Below are positions 21,301 to 32,362 of a DNA stretch of 64,000 nt, piece by piece. Location of the stretch: NCBI GenBank assembly GCA_963726245.1, contig CAVSBT010000025.1:71076-135075 (forward strand). Direction: 5' to 3'. The translations under genes and the position numbers were made by a program. The notes below the pieces were generated by a model. The model had not been told where the DNA came from, made no database searches, and saw only the letters and a list, made by a program, of their open reading frames with translations. Position 1 is the first letter of the stretch. Each line of letters starts with the position of its first letter. The DNA is from an uncultured Chloroflexia bacterium (lineage in GTDB: Bacteria > Chloroflexota > Dehalococcoidia > DSTF01 > JALHUB01).

Positions 21301-21515
21301 ACGGCCGCGTTGTGGCGAGCGACCCAGCCAACGGCGTCGTGCTTGTCTTCGACAGCGACGGCCGGAAGGTGGCCAGCTGGAAAGCCTCCGTCTCGGCAAC
21401 AGAGGTGAGCCGCCCGGTGGGAGTGGCCGCTGGCAGCACGGGCGATGTTTGGGTTTCCGATGGTAGCACCGGCCAGGTGCGCCGTGTCCCCTCGACGAGC
21501 CTGACGGGCCCATAG
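18303..21515 (+). CDS. TIGR03663-family PMT-like GT-C membrane protein fused to a C-terminal NHL-repeat beta-propeller
   Basis: ALHHDESLH, DPMMHGP, YFSRFDRED, TKE, AGEKMPWL, LVYTQTS and WPWVWYLRDY motifs; repeated F..P.G.AVD..GN.YVADT.N.RIQKF units. Confidence 0.87.
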   Translation: MTRSRTRPERVVSRKRMNKPVEGDLSRALKERRAQAGRFLGCVRANLPGRWELVVWGIILSLALALRLWDLGGRALHHDESLHATYSWYLYGGDGYTHDPMMHGPFQFFAGATAFKLFGPSNFVARVPAALFGTGIVALVWLLRGHLGRLGAMAAAGFIAVSPTLLYFSRFDREDIYTAFWTLALVVAIWRYLAERRDLWLYLGAAFMAFSFATKESTYMMVAIFLTFLEVLVALDFLEQMRRQRSDGRAPRARRGSASASPREMDKLEAGSILVWLLVFSWLLVILWPLLTSVRRRFGLQKLPAAGAPLLVLGTLAAPQYAGMLQLIGDHVPLIPGNSGYQSAAELGLRNGSVTVLLILSLYIGLLWNPRVWLICAAAFYGIYVLLFTTFFTNPAGFWTGIWGSTDYWIEQQSVRRGEQPIFYYFMLLPVYEFLTLLLAIGGAIWLAFRRNSFTLFLIFWTVGAILALTVAGEKMPWLTVHMALPIALLAGKTVNELYSRVTLPRDVRLPEALRMVVPSLDTKVAVALSVGSAALAVIILIVMSASMAAVVLAILLALVAAGAAALVGQGGRRAFIQTATASVVAGLLVFSIRTAGVASFEHGDIPVELLVYTQTSPDVPRLMNAIDEVGKATGLGHDLPILVDSEFTWPWVWYLRDYNAVTYRSATDGAPPPGAILLVESANVGSLQLDPALYDSGQPFKLRWWFPEDYRVLNRGNFKEVLFSPSTWNVWRNYYVSRTPPGPLGSLDGVAYFPKSYAAATGGNAFEQPPTTPVAGPDGQVIVGNPGPGRGQFASPAGLAVDGQGNLYVADTDNNRIQKFDGDGNFQGAFGSAGGQDGQFNGPWGVAVDRDGNIYVADTWNHRIQKFNSSFQFQKAWGTAFLEVGKREPGPLELFGPRSVAVDASGNVWVTDTGNKRVLKFDSDGNFTAQYGGSGSGPSQFEEPVGITIAPNGEILVADTWNRRIQRFSPEFEYLGEISVESWGSQNVTDKPYLAVLSDGRVVASDPANGVVLVFDSDGRKVASWKASVSATEVSRPVGVAAGSTGDVWVSDGSTGQVRRVPSTSLTGP

Positions 21516-21655
21516 CAAGACAGATGTAACGAAAGGCTTGCGGCCGGGGTGGACTTCTTCCGGGAATTCGCCGACGCCGCCCTTTCGTTGACCCCCTCGC
21601 GCAGGCGAACCTATAATGTGTCGCGCTCGCCCGCCGAATATGGCGGCGACGACGG

Positions 21656-22752
21656 GTGGCATCGATTCTGAACGGAGCACGGGCGGCCTCGGGGACTTCC
21701 TTGTGGCGCAGCCGGCGGATATGGATCGGGCTGGCCTTCAGCCTGATCCTTATTGTTCTCTTCCTCCACGGCACGAACTTCCGGGACATCGGGCGGGCCT
21801 TCGGCGACGCCAACTACCTCCTCGCGTTCCTCTCGCTGCCCGTCTACTTTCTGGCCGCCTGGTTCCGCACCCTGCGCTGGAAGTACCTGCTGCGGCCCAC
21901 GAAGGCCGTAAGCACCGCCCGCCTCTACCCTGTGGTCATCATCGGCTTCATGGCCAACAACGTCATCCCGGCCCGCGTCGGCGAGCTGGTGCGGGCCTAC
22001 ATCCTGCGCGAGCGGGAAGGGGTGAGCATGTCGACCGGCCTGGGCACCATCGTGGTGGACCGCGTCTTCGACGGCCTCACTCTGCTGCTGTTCCTCATCC
22101 TGGCCGGCTTGTTCGCCACGGTAAGCACCCAGGTCCGTACCCTCGCCATCGTGATGGCGGCGCTGTTCGGTGTCGGCGTGGTCATCATGTACGTGCTGGT
22201 CACCTCGGAGAGCCGGAGCAAGCGGGCCGTGGACGTTGTCGTCCATCTGCTGCCTGGGCGTTTGAAGGGCCGCGCCCAGGGGCTGGCCGACTCGTTCTTG
22301 GAGGGACTGCAATCGTTGCGCAGTCCGGCGGCCATGGCAGGCGCCTGGGTCGCTTCGGTCGTGTCGTGGCTGCTGGAAGCCACGATGTACTACATGGTCG
22401 GCGAAGCCTTTGGGTTGGGATTAGGGTTTCACGTCTACTTGCTGGTGACGGCGGCGGCCAACCTGGCCATTACTTTGCCCACGCCGGGGGGCGTCGGCCC
22501 CTTCGAGCTGGGCACGCGATGGGCCCTCGCGCCGTTCGCTGTCGCCACTGACACCGTGCGTGCCTACGCCATAGCCCTGCATGCCCTCCTCCTCTTCCCC
22601 GTTATCGCTCTGGGGCTCATCTTCCTCTGGTCGATCAACCTCTCGCTGGGCGACATGCTGAGGCGGCCGGCGGCGGAGCAAGCCTCGACAGCCCCCGCGG
22701 GGCCGGCCCCCAGCCGGGCGTCCGGGCACAGAAGGGCGGCGGTCGCGAATGA
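21656..22752 (+). CDS. Lysylphosphatidylglycerol-synthase-TM / UPF0104 flippase-like membrane protein
   Basis: RTLRWKYLL, GFMANNVIPARVGELVRA, VVDRVFD and PTPGGVGPFE. The ORF-track read-through to 23233 is probably a frameshift; the TGA at 22750-22752 overlaps the next ATG (ATGA). Confidence 0.8.
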
Positions 22753-24071
22753 AGGTCGCCGTCGTCGGGGGAGGCGTCGCCGGCCTGGCCGCCGCCTATC
22801 GGGTCCTCCAGAAAGGCCACCAGGTGTCGCTGTTCGAGGCGGGCCCCAGCCTGGGCGGCCTCGTGCGCACCGTCGAAGTGGGCGGCGGGCGCCTGGAGGC
22901 CTTCTACCACCACCTCTTCCGGAGCGACACCACCATCATCCGCCTCATCGACGAGCTGGGCCTCGGCGACCGCATGACCTGGCGCGACTCAAAGGTCGGG
23001 TTCTTCCAGGGCGGCCGCATCTACGACTTCGTCACGCCAGTCGACCTGCTGCGCTTCCGCCCTCTGCCTCCGCTCGACCGCGTGCGGCTGGGCCTGATGG
23101 CTCTGCGCCTGCGCCGGCAGGAGAGCTGGGAGCAGTTCGAAAACGTCACCGCCCGCCAATGGATCGAGACGAACGTGAGCCGCCGCGTCTTCGACGTGGT
23201 CTGGGGGCCGCTGCTGAAGGGCAAGTTCGGTGAGGCGGCCGATGAGGTCTCGATGGCCTGGCTGTGGAGCAAGATCCACCTGCGCTTCGCCTCCCGGCGG
23301 GGCGGACCGATGCAGAACGAGCAGCTCGGCTACCTGATGGGCAGCTTCGGCGTCTACATCGACGAGCTGGGGCGGCGTCTGCGCGACGGCGGCGCCGACG
23401 TGCGGGTCGGGACGCCGGTGCAGGAGGTGACGGTGGAGGACGGCCGCGCCAGCGGACTCCTACTGGCCGGCGGCGAACGCGTCCCCGCCGACGCCGTCGT
23501 CGCCGCCATGCCCTCGCACGCCTTCGAGCGGCTGGTGCCCGCCCTCCCTGAGGACTACCGGAGCAAGCTGACGGCGGTGCGCTGGCAGTGGGCCCTCTGC
23601 ATGGTCCTGGCGCTGCGCGAGTCCCTCTCCCCCATCTACTGGCTGAACATCGCCGAGCCGGGGATGCCCTTCCTCGCCGTCATCGAGCACACGAACTACA
23701 TCGAGCGGGAGCAGTACGGGGGCCAGCACGTCGTCTACATCTCCAACTACCTGCGGCCCGATCACCCCTACTTCGACCTGAGCGAGGAGCAGCTCTGGGA
23801 GCTCTTTCTGCCTGCCCTCCAGCGCATCAACCCGCGCTTCTCGGCCGACTGGGTGAGGGAGCGCTGGCTCTTCAAGGGCCCCTACGCGCAGCCCATCGTC
23901 ACCACCGGCTATCGCCGCCTCATCCCCGAGCACCGCACGCCCATCCCCGGCCTCTACCTGGCGACGATGAGCCAGATCTACCCGGAGGACCGCGGCCAGA
24001 ACTACAGCGTCCTCATGGGCGAACGGGTGGCGGACATGGCGATGGAGGACCTGGCGAAGGGGCAAGGGTAG
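22749..24071 (+). CDS. FAD-dependent oxidoreductase (amine oxidase/protoporphyrinogen oxidase-like fold)
   Basis: VVGGGVAGLAAA dinucleotide motif, FYHHLF, WGPLLKGKFG and QIYPEDRGQN; typical of glycosylation-locus oxidoreductases. Confidence 0.85.
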   Translation: MKVAVVGGGVAGLAAAYRVLQKGHQVSLFEAGPSLGGLVRTVEVGGGRLEAFYHHLFRSDTTIIRLIDELGLGDRMTWRDSKVGFFQGGRIYDFVTPVDLLRFRPLPPLDRVRLGLMALRLRRQESWEQFENVTARQWIETNVSRRVFDVVWGPLLKGKFGEAADEVSMAWLWSKIHLRFASRRGGPMQNEQLGYLMGSFGVYIDELGRRLRDGGADVRVGTPVQEVTVEDGRASGLLLAGGERVPADAVVAAMPSHAFERLVPALPEDYRSKLTAVRWQWALCMVLALRESLSPIYWLNIAEPGMPFLAVIEHTNYIEREQYGGQHVVYISNYLRPDHPYFDLSEEQLWELFLPALQRINPRFSADWVRERWLFKGPYAQPIVTTGYRRLIPEHRTPIPGLYLATMSQIYPEDRGQNYSVLMGERVADMAMEDLAKGQG

Positions 24072-24170
24072 GGGCGCAGCCCCTACAGGTGTTGAACAAC
24101 CCTCGTGTAGAATAGGGCGAGCTCATCCGCCAAAGGCGGACTGGTCTGCCTCAGGCGGACGGAGGCGCCC

Positions 24171-26845
<2,675 letters not shown>

Positions 26846-26857
26846 CTTGGAGGCGTG

Positions 26858-28264
26858 CTAGTTCCTCGCTACGCCCGCCGCCCCGATCTTGAACAAGATC
26901 GCATCCAGGGCGTGTCGCATTCGGATGCGCCCGGCCCCGGCCCAACCGGGCGTGTCGTCGTCGGGCAGCGGCTGCGCTGAGGCTCTGATGACAAACTGAA
27001 GCTCATAGGTGCTGAGGGCAGGGCTGTGGGAGCGGATGAGGGCTGCCAATGCGGCGACCTGGGCGACGGCGAATGAGGTCCCGCTGGCCACGGAGTACGG
27101 CTGGTCTCCCGCGCAAAACCAGCTTCCGCCGCAGAGGGCCTGAGGAACGGTGCTCACCAGATCCACCCCTGGCGCCACAACATCCACTTCCGGGCCCCAG
27201 TTGCTAAATGAGGCGCGCGCATCCGGGGAATCGCGGTCCGAAGCGCCAACAGCGACCACCTGCGTGTAGCGGGCGGGATAGGTGACGCCCTCAATGCCCT
27301 GGTTGCCGGAAGCCGCGACGACCAGGGCTCCGAAAGTGCCCGTGGCAGTGGCTATCGCGTCCTGAAGAGTCTTCGAGGGATCGACGCCGCCGAAGCTGAG
27401 ATTAATGACCTGCGCACCCATGCGGGCCGCGTAGAGGACGCCGGCAGCGGCGTCGGCCGTCGTTCCCGCGCCGGTACAGTCCAGGACCTTGACAGGCAGG
27501 AGCGTAACCCCCGGGGCCGCTCCGATGACGCCCGTGCCGTTGTTGCCGGTGGCGCCGATGATGCCGGCCACGAAGGTGCCGTGGCCGCTGTCATCGGTCA
27601 CCTGGTTCGAGGGCGAGGGCGGCTGCAGTCCGCAGGAGGGGTCGGCTTCCTTCGGGTCCACGAAGTTGCACCCGTGGACGTCGTCGATGCACCCGTTCTT
27701 GTCGTCGTCGATGCCGTTGGGTATGCCCTCGCCGGGGTTCCGCCAGATGCGGTCGCGCAGGTCGGGATGGGTGATGTCCACGCCGGAATCCAGCACTCCG
27801 ACGATGACCGACGGCTTCCCAAGCTCCAAGTCCCAGGCCTGTGGAGCCTCGATGAGGTTGTAGTACCAGCGCTGGGCCGGGTAGAGCGGGTCGTTGGGGA
27901 CGAAGTCGGCCTTCAGACGGTAGTTGGGCTCGACATAACGGACGCCGGGTAGGCCGCTGTACAGCTCCAGGCCTTTCTCCACGGAGAGGCCTTCGCGCAG
28001 GCGGAGGCGAATCACTCCCAGCCCTTCCAACCCGCCTTCCTCCTGACCGCCGACGCCAATCATGACGTGCTGGGCCAGGGCGCCAACCACCGGGTCGACG
28101 CGGAGCAGCAGCTCGCCGGGCACGGCCTCGCCCGCCTTGGGGGCGGTCTGCGGTTGCATCCCAGGCTGCGGGCGGTCGCCGCGGGCCGGGGACGCAGCGA
28201 AGGCGCCCAGCGCAGCAGCCAGGAGCAGCACTCCGATGAGGCCCCTCACGTTTCGCACATCCAT
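26858..28264 (-). CDS. Secreted S8 (subtilisin-family) serine peptidase with pro-domain
   Basis: Signal peptide; YVEPNY pro-domain end; catalytic VLDSG, GHGTFVAG and SGTSFA; AASGN oxyanion motif. Confidence 0.92.
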   Translation of the reverse strand: MDVRNVRGLIGVLLLAAALGAFAASPARGDRPQPGMQPQTAPKAGEAVPGELLLRVDPVVGALAQHVMIGVGGQEEGGLEGLGVIRLRLREGLSVEKGLELYSGLPGVRYVEPNYRLKADFVPNDPLYPAQRWYYNLIEAPQAWDLELGKPSVIVGVLDSGVDITHPDLRDRIWRNPGEGIPNGIDDDKNGCIDDVHGCNFVDPKEADPSCGLQPPSPSNQVTDDSGHGTFVAGIIGATGNNGTGVIGAAPGVTLLPVKVLDCTGAGTTADAAAGVLYAARMGAQVINLSFGGVDPSKTLQDAIATATGTFGALVVAASGNQGIEGVTYPARYTQVVAVGASDRDSPDARASFSNWGPEVDVVAPGVDLVSTVPQALCGGSWFCAGDQPYSVASGTSFAVAQVAALAALIRSHSPALSTYELQFVIRASAQPLPDDDTPGWAGAGRIRMRHALDAILFKIGAAGVARN

Positions 28265-28345
28265 TTCCTTGGGTCGCGACATACGATACATCCGGCCTGG
28301 CAGTGCTGCAAGCTCCGCCTGTACAATGCGTCACGGAGGTCCAAT

Positions 28346-30088
28346 TTGCCCATTCAGCGCCTACCGCCGGACCTGGTGGCCAAGATCGCGGCCGGCGAGG
28401 TCATTGAGCGACCCGCCTCTGTTGTGAAAGAGCTGGTTGAGAACGCCTTGGACGCCGGGGCGACCAAGATCGCTGTTGAGGCCACGCAGGGTGGACTGGG
28501 CGTCATGCGCGTCAGCGACAACGGCGTCGGCATCCCGAGCGATGAGCTTTCCCTGGCTTTAGAGCGCCACGCCACCAGCAAGCTCCTTTCGGAGAATGAC
28601 CTGCCGCGGGTGGCGAGCCTCGGCTTTAGAGGCGAGGCGCTGCCCAGCATCGCGGCCGCCGCCGACGTGGAGATAGTCTCCCGGCCTGTCGAGGCAGCGG
28701 CGGGCGCCTACCTGAAGCTGCAAAACGGCGCCACCGTCGCCAGCGGGCCGCGCGGCGCGCCCCATGGCACCACCGTCACGGTGCGAGGCCTGTTTCGCCG
28801 CCAGCCGGCGCGTCTCAAGTTCCTGCGCTCCGAGACCTCTGAGAGCACGCAGATCGCCATCGTCGTCAGTCACTATGCCCTGGCCTACGCCGAGGTCGCC
28901 TTCACCCTGCGGGTCGACGGGCGGCTGTCCTTGCAGACGCCGGGTAGCGGCGATGCGCTCGAGGCGGCGGCGGCCGTCTATGGGGCGTCCGTGGCCTCGG
29001 CGCTGCTGCCCCTGCCCGACTCCGAGGGCAGCGAGTACGCGAACGTCAGCGGTCTCGTGAGCCAGCCCAGCCTCACGAGGGCTAACCGAACCTACATCAG
29101 CCTCTTCATCAACCGGCGCTGGGTCCGCAGCCGCACCCTCACATTCGCGACCGAGGAGGCCTATCGTGGCCTCGTGATGAGCGGCCGATTCCCCATCGCC
29201 ATCCTCGAGATCACGGTGCCGCCGGAGGAGGTGGACGTCAACGTCCACCCCACGAAGGCCGAGGTGCGCCTGCGACGCGAGCGAGAGGTCTTCGCCGTCC
29301 TCCAGCGTCGCGTGCGCCGCGCCCTGGTCGACCAGGCGCCCGTGTTGCAGGGCGGAACGGCCGCCTGGGCGGTTCCCGGCGCGGCACCGGGGGCCACCCT
29401 GCGTATGCCGGCCGTCTCGCCCGCGCCGGACCGCCGTCTCGCCTCGTCGCGCTCAACCGACAGCCAGCCCACCCCTGCCGGCGAGTCCGAGCCGCAGGAG
29501 GCGGCCCCTCTCCTGTCCCATCTGCCCCTTCTGCGGGCCGTGGGCCAGGTGGGCGCCACCTACATCGTCGCCGAAGGGCCGGAGGGGATGTACCTCATCG
29601 ACCAGCACGCCGCCCACGAGCGCATCCTCTACGAGCGCCTCCTATCAAAGCCCGCCGGCCAGACGGAGGTGCAAGGCTTCCTGCAACCGGTGCCTGTGGA
29701 GCTGGCCCCGCACCAGGAGCAGGCCCTCCGGGCCGCCGCCGAGGCCCTCGCCGAGCAGGGCTTCTCGCTGGAGCCCTTCGGTGATCGGACCTATCTCCTG
29801 CGGGCCGCGCCCTCGCTACTGGCGGGCCAGGACGCAGGCCGGGCCCTGGTGGAGCTCCTGGACATGCTGTCGCGCGAAGAGGGCCCCGCCAGCCCTCGCG
29901 AGCGGGTCGCCGCCTCCCTCGCCTGCCACGCCGCCATCCGGGCCGGCCAGACGCTGAGTCAGGAGGAGATGCGGGAGCTGGTGAAGCAGCTCGAAGAGAC
30001 GCAGGCGGCGGGCACCTGCCCCCACGGCCGCCCGACCATGATCCACCTCAGCGCCGAAGCCCTGGCGAAGGAGTTCAAGCGCCGCTAG
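28346..30088 (+). CDS. mutL: DNA mismatch repair endonuclease MutL
   Basis: IAAGEVIERPASVVKELVENALDAGA, SLGFRGEAL, VDVNVHPTK, DQHAAHER and CPHGRP; TTG start after GGAGGT. Confidence 0.96.
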   Translation: MPIQRLPPDLVAKIAAGEVIERPASVVKELVENALDAGATKIAVEATQGGLGVMRVSDNGVGIPSDELSLALERHATSKLLSENDLPRVASLGFRGEALPSIAAAADVEIVSRPVEAAAGAYLKLQNGATVASGPRGAPHGTTVTVRGLFRRQPARLKFLRSETSESTQIAIVVSHYALAYAEVAFTLRVDGRLSLQTPGSGDALEAAAAVYGASVASALLPLPDSEGSEYANVSGLVSQPSLTRANRTYISLFINRRWVRSRTLTFATEEAYRGLVMSGRFPIAILEITVPPEEVDVNVHPTKAEVRLRREREVFAVLQRRVRRALVDQAPVLQGGTAAWAVPGAAPGATLRMPAVSPAPDRRLASSRSTDSQPTPAGESEPQEAAPLLSHLPLLRAVGQVGATYIVAEGPEGMYLIDQHAAHERILYERLLSKPAGQTEVQGFLQPVPVELAPHQEQALRAAAEALAEQGFSLEPFGDRTYLLRAAPSLLAGQDAGRALVELLDMLSREEGPASPRERVAASLACHAAIRAGQTLSQEEMRELVKQLEETQAAGTCPHGRPTMIHLSAEALAKEFKRR

Positions 30089-30096
30089 GGTCGGTT

Positions 30097-31087
30097 TCAG
30101 GGGTGGCCGTTCAGGCCCAGCTCCTGCTTCACCTCGCGGACGGCCTGCACCATGACCCGCAGCTTCGCCTCGGCCTGCTGCCAGGTGCGGGTCTTGAGGC
30201 CGCAGTCGGGGTCGATGTAGAGGCGCTCCGGCGGCAGCACCTTCAGTCCCCTCTTGATGCCCGCCTTCACCTGCTCCACGCTCTCCGTCACGTGTGAGTG
30301 GACGTCCACGACCCCCATCGCCAGCTCCTTGTGGAATTCGTCCTTGTGCTGGCTTATGAGGTCCAGGAGGTCGAAGTCGCTGTTGGTCATCTCCAGGTCC
30401 AGTTGGTCGACGGGCAGGTTGGCGATATGGTCGAAGACGCGCGCGAAGTCGCCGTAGCAGATGTGAGTGATCGTCTTCGCGCCCAGGCCCTTGGGTCACG
30501 ATGCCGAGCGCCTCAGAGACCAGCTCCATCTCATCCGGTCGGGTGGAGGCTGCCGGCTCGTCCACCTGCACGAACTTGGCGCCCGCCTTCACCAGCTCCT
30601 CCGCCTCGCGGCGAACCACCCGCGCCATGTCCAGCATCGCTTCCCGGCGCGAGTCGTAGTACTCGTCGAAGGACCAGTCCACCATGGTGTAGGGCCCGGT
30701 GAGCATCCCCTTTACCGGCCTATCCGTGAGCCCCTGGGCGAACCGCCACATCTCCACCGTCATGGGCTCCTGCCAGCGCAGCTTGCCGGTGATGACCGGC
30801 TTGTGGTAGTAACGGTTGCCGTAGGAGCGCACCAGGCCGCCGATCTTCATGCTGTCCAACTGCTCGGCGAAGAAGACGACCATGTCGCCGCGCTCCATCT
30901 CCCCGTGCACCAGGATATCGATGCCCAGCTCCTCCTGGAGGGCGATCACTTCGCGGGTGGCGCGACGCTCCAGCTCCGACAGCTCGTCCCGCGAGAGGCG
31001 GCCGGCGGCGTGCTGGTTGCGGGCCTGCTGGAGATAGTCGGGCTTGGGGAAGCTGCCGACGCTGGTGGTCAGGAGGACGTCGCTCAT
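30097..31087 (-). CDS. metE: Cobalamin-independent methionine synthase, catalytic (C-terminal-type) half; frameshift near 30485
   Basis: TTSVGSFPKP, HGEMERGDMV, VRSYGNRYY, KGMLTGPYT and QVDEPA, then THICYG, LE and IDPDCGLKTR (Zn ligands H, C, E, C). Confidence 0.85.
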
Positions 31088-32064
31088 ACCAGCACCTCCT
31101 GGGCCCGGCGGGCGCCCTCCACCATGCGCGCCAGCTTGGCCTGAGCGACCTCACGAGGGAGGAACTCGAGGCCGCAGCTAGGGCTGAGGTGCACCCGGTC
31201 GAGAGAGACAATCTCCTGGGCCCGCCGCAGGCCCTCCACGATTCGTTCGACGCTTTCCATCCTCGTGTTCCGAGCGTCGACAAGGCCCAAGCCCAGCTCT
31301 TTGGTGAACGGCGCCGTCTTCAGCACCTCGAAGTTGCGGGTGCCTGTGACGAAGTCCATCCCCAGCACGTCGATGGGCAGGTCCAGGAGCTGCGGGTAGA
31401 GGCCGTCCACGTCGCCGAAGTAGACGTAGAGAGCGCGCTTGGCGGTCACCCCTTTCAGCGCCTGTTGGATGGCCTGCTGGAAGAGCGGAAGGTCCGTCTT
31501 GTGCTTGACGATGGCTGGTTCGTTGAGCTGGATAAACGCCGCCCCGGCCTCCTGGAGAGCCAGGGCCTCCTGGTTCAGGGCCTCGGCGTAGGCCATGACG
31601 CACTTCTCCAGGGAGCGGTAGTGCTCGTCACGCGAGAGGCGGGCCAGCGTGTATGGGCCGGGCAGCACCGCCTTCACCGGTTTCGAGCTGTATCCGGCGG
31701 CAAAGCCGTAGTCGGCGACGGTGATGGGTCCGGTCCAGGCCAGGGGCCCTTCGACGACCGGCTCTCGATAGTAGGTGTTGGCGTCGAAGAAGCGGATGAG
31801 GCCGTTGATCGAGACACCGCTCAGGCGGCGGGCGACGTAGGTCTGCTCGTCCTCCCAGCGGATCTGGCCGTCGGTGATGAGGTCAAGGCCGGCCTCTACC
31901 TGTTCGTCGATGACCTCGCGGGTGACGTCGTCCTCCACGGCCCGCAGCTCCTCAGCGGTCATCTCGCCGCGGTCGAAGCGGTTGATGGCGTTGCGGAGCC
32001 TGGCAGGGCGCGGCCGGTTAGGGATCTTAGGGTAGTTACCCACCACAGTGGTCAGCATAGGCAA
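31084..32064 (-). CDS. MetE N-terminal-like (non-catalytic) half of a split methionine synthase
   Basis: Same barrel fold (TTVVGNYPK, ITDGQIRWED, RFFDANTYYREP, LPGPYTL, QLNEP, SPSCGLEFLP) but HxC is replaced by YVYF; overlaps the next gene. Confidence 0.75.
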   Translation of the reverse strand: MPMLTTVVGNYPKIPNRPRPARLRNAINRFDRGEMTAEELRAVEDDVTREVIDEQVEAGLDLITDGQIRWEDEQTYVARRLSGVSINGLIRFFDANTYYREPVVEGPLAWTGPITVADYGFAAGYSSKPVKAVLPGPYTLARLSRDEHYRSLEKCVMAYAEALNQEALALQEAGAAFIQLNEPAIVKHKTDLPLFQQAIQQALKGVTAKRALYVYFGDVDGLYPQLLDLPIDVLGMDFVTGTRNFEVLKTAPFTKELGLGLVDARNTRMESVERIVEGLRRAQEIVSLDRVHLSPSCGLEFLPREVAQAKLARMVEGARRAQEVLV

Positions 32065-32174
32065 CGGTTCTCCCCTGACCTCAGCTCGCTGAGAGCGCCC
32101 CAGACATCAAGAAGGGCCGGGCGGCCCGCTCCCTTGCGTCTCGACGGAGCGGCCGTGGGGCCCTAGCACTGCTT

Positions 32175-32204
32175 AGTCTAGCATCCCCTCTTCTAGCGCG
32201 TCAA
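32175..32204 (-). promoter_or_regulatory. sigma70-type promoter of the split-metE operon
   Basis: Minus-strand TTGACG, 18 nt, (TGc)TAGACT. Confidence 0.65.
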
Positions 32205-32262
32205 CGCGAAGCCGCCTATCAGGGCGGCCGACGGCCACAATCGGGGCCGGCCCCCAGCCGAT

Positions 32263-32290
32263 TAAAGGAATTCGCCAGATACGCCGAATC
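32263..32290 (+). promoter_or_regulatory. sigma28 (FliA/WhiG)-like promoter candidate
   Basis: TAAA-N16-GCCGAATC upstream of the CAP gene. Confidence 0.4.
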
Positions 32291-32362
32291 TCTCTTGGTC
32301 GACATAGTGTGTGGGGCAGTCTGCTCGGACTCTCTCCAAGCTCTACCGACCAACAGGTCGCC

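Noticed and set aside
21656-23233. Flippase-oxidoreductase overlap or fusion
   Set aside because: The extension is an Arg/Pro-rich off-frame read of the next gene; an ATGA overlap at 22749-22752 marks the likely true boundary
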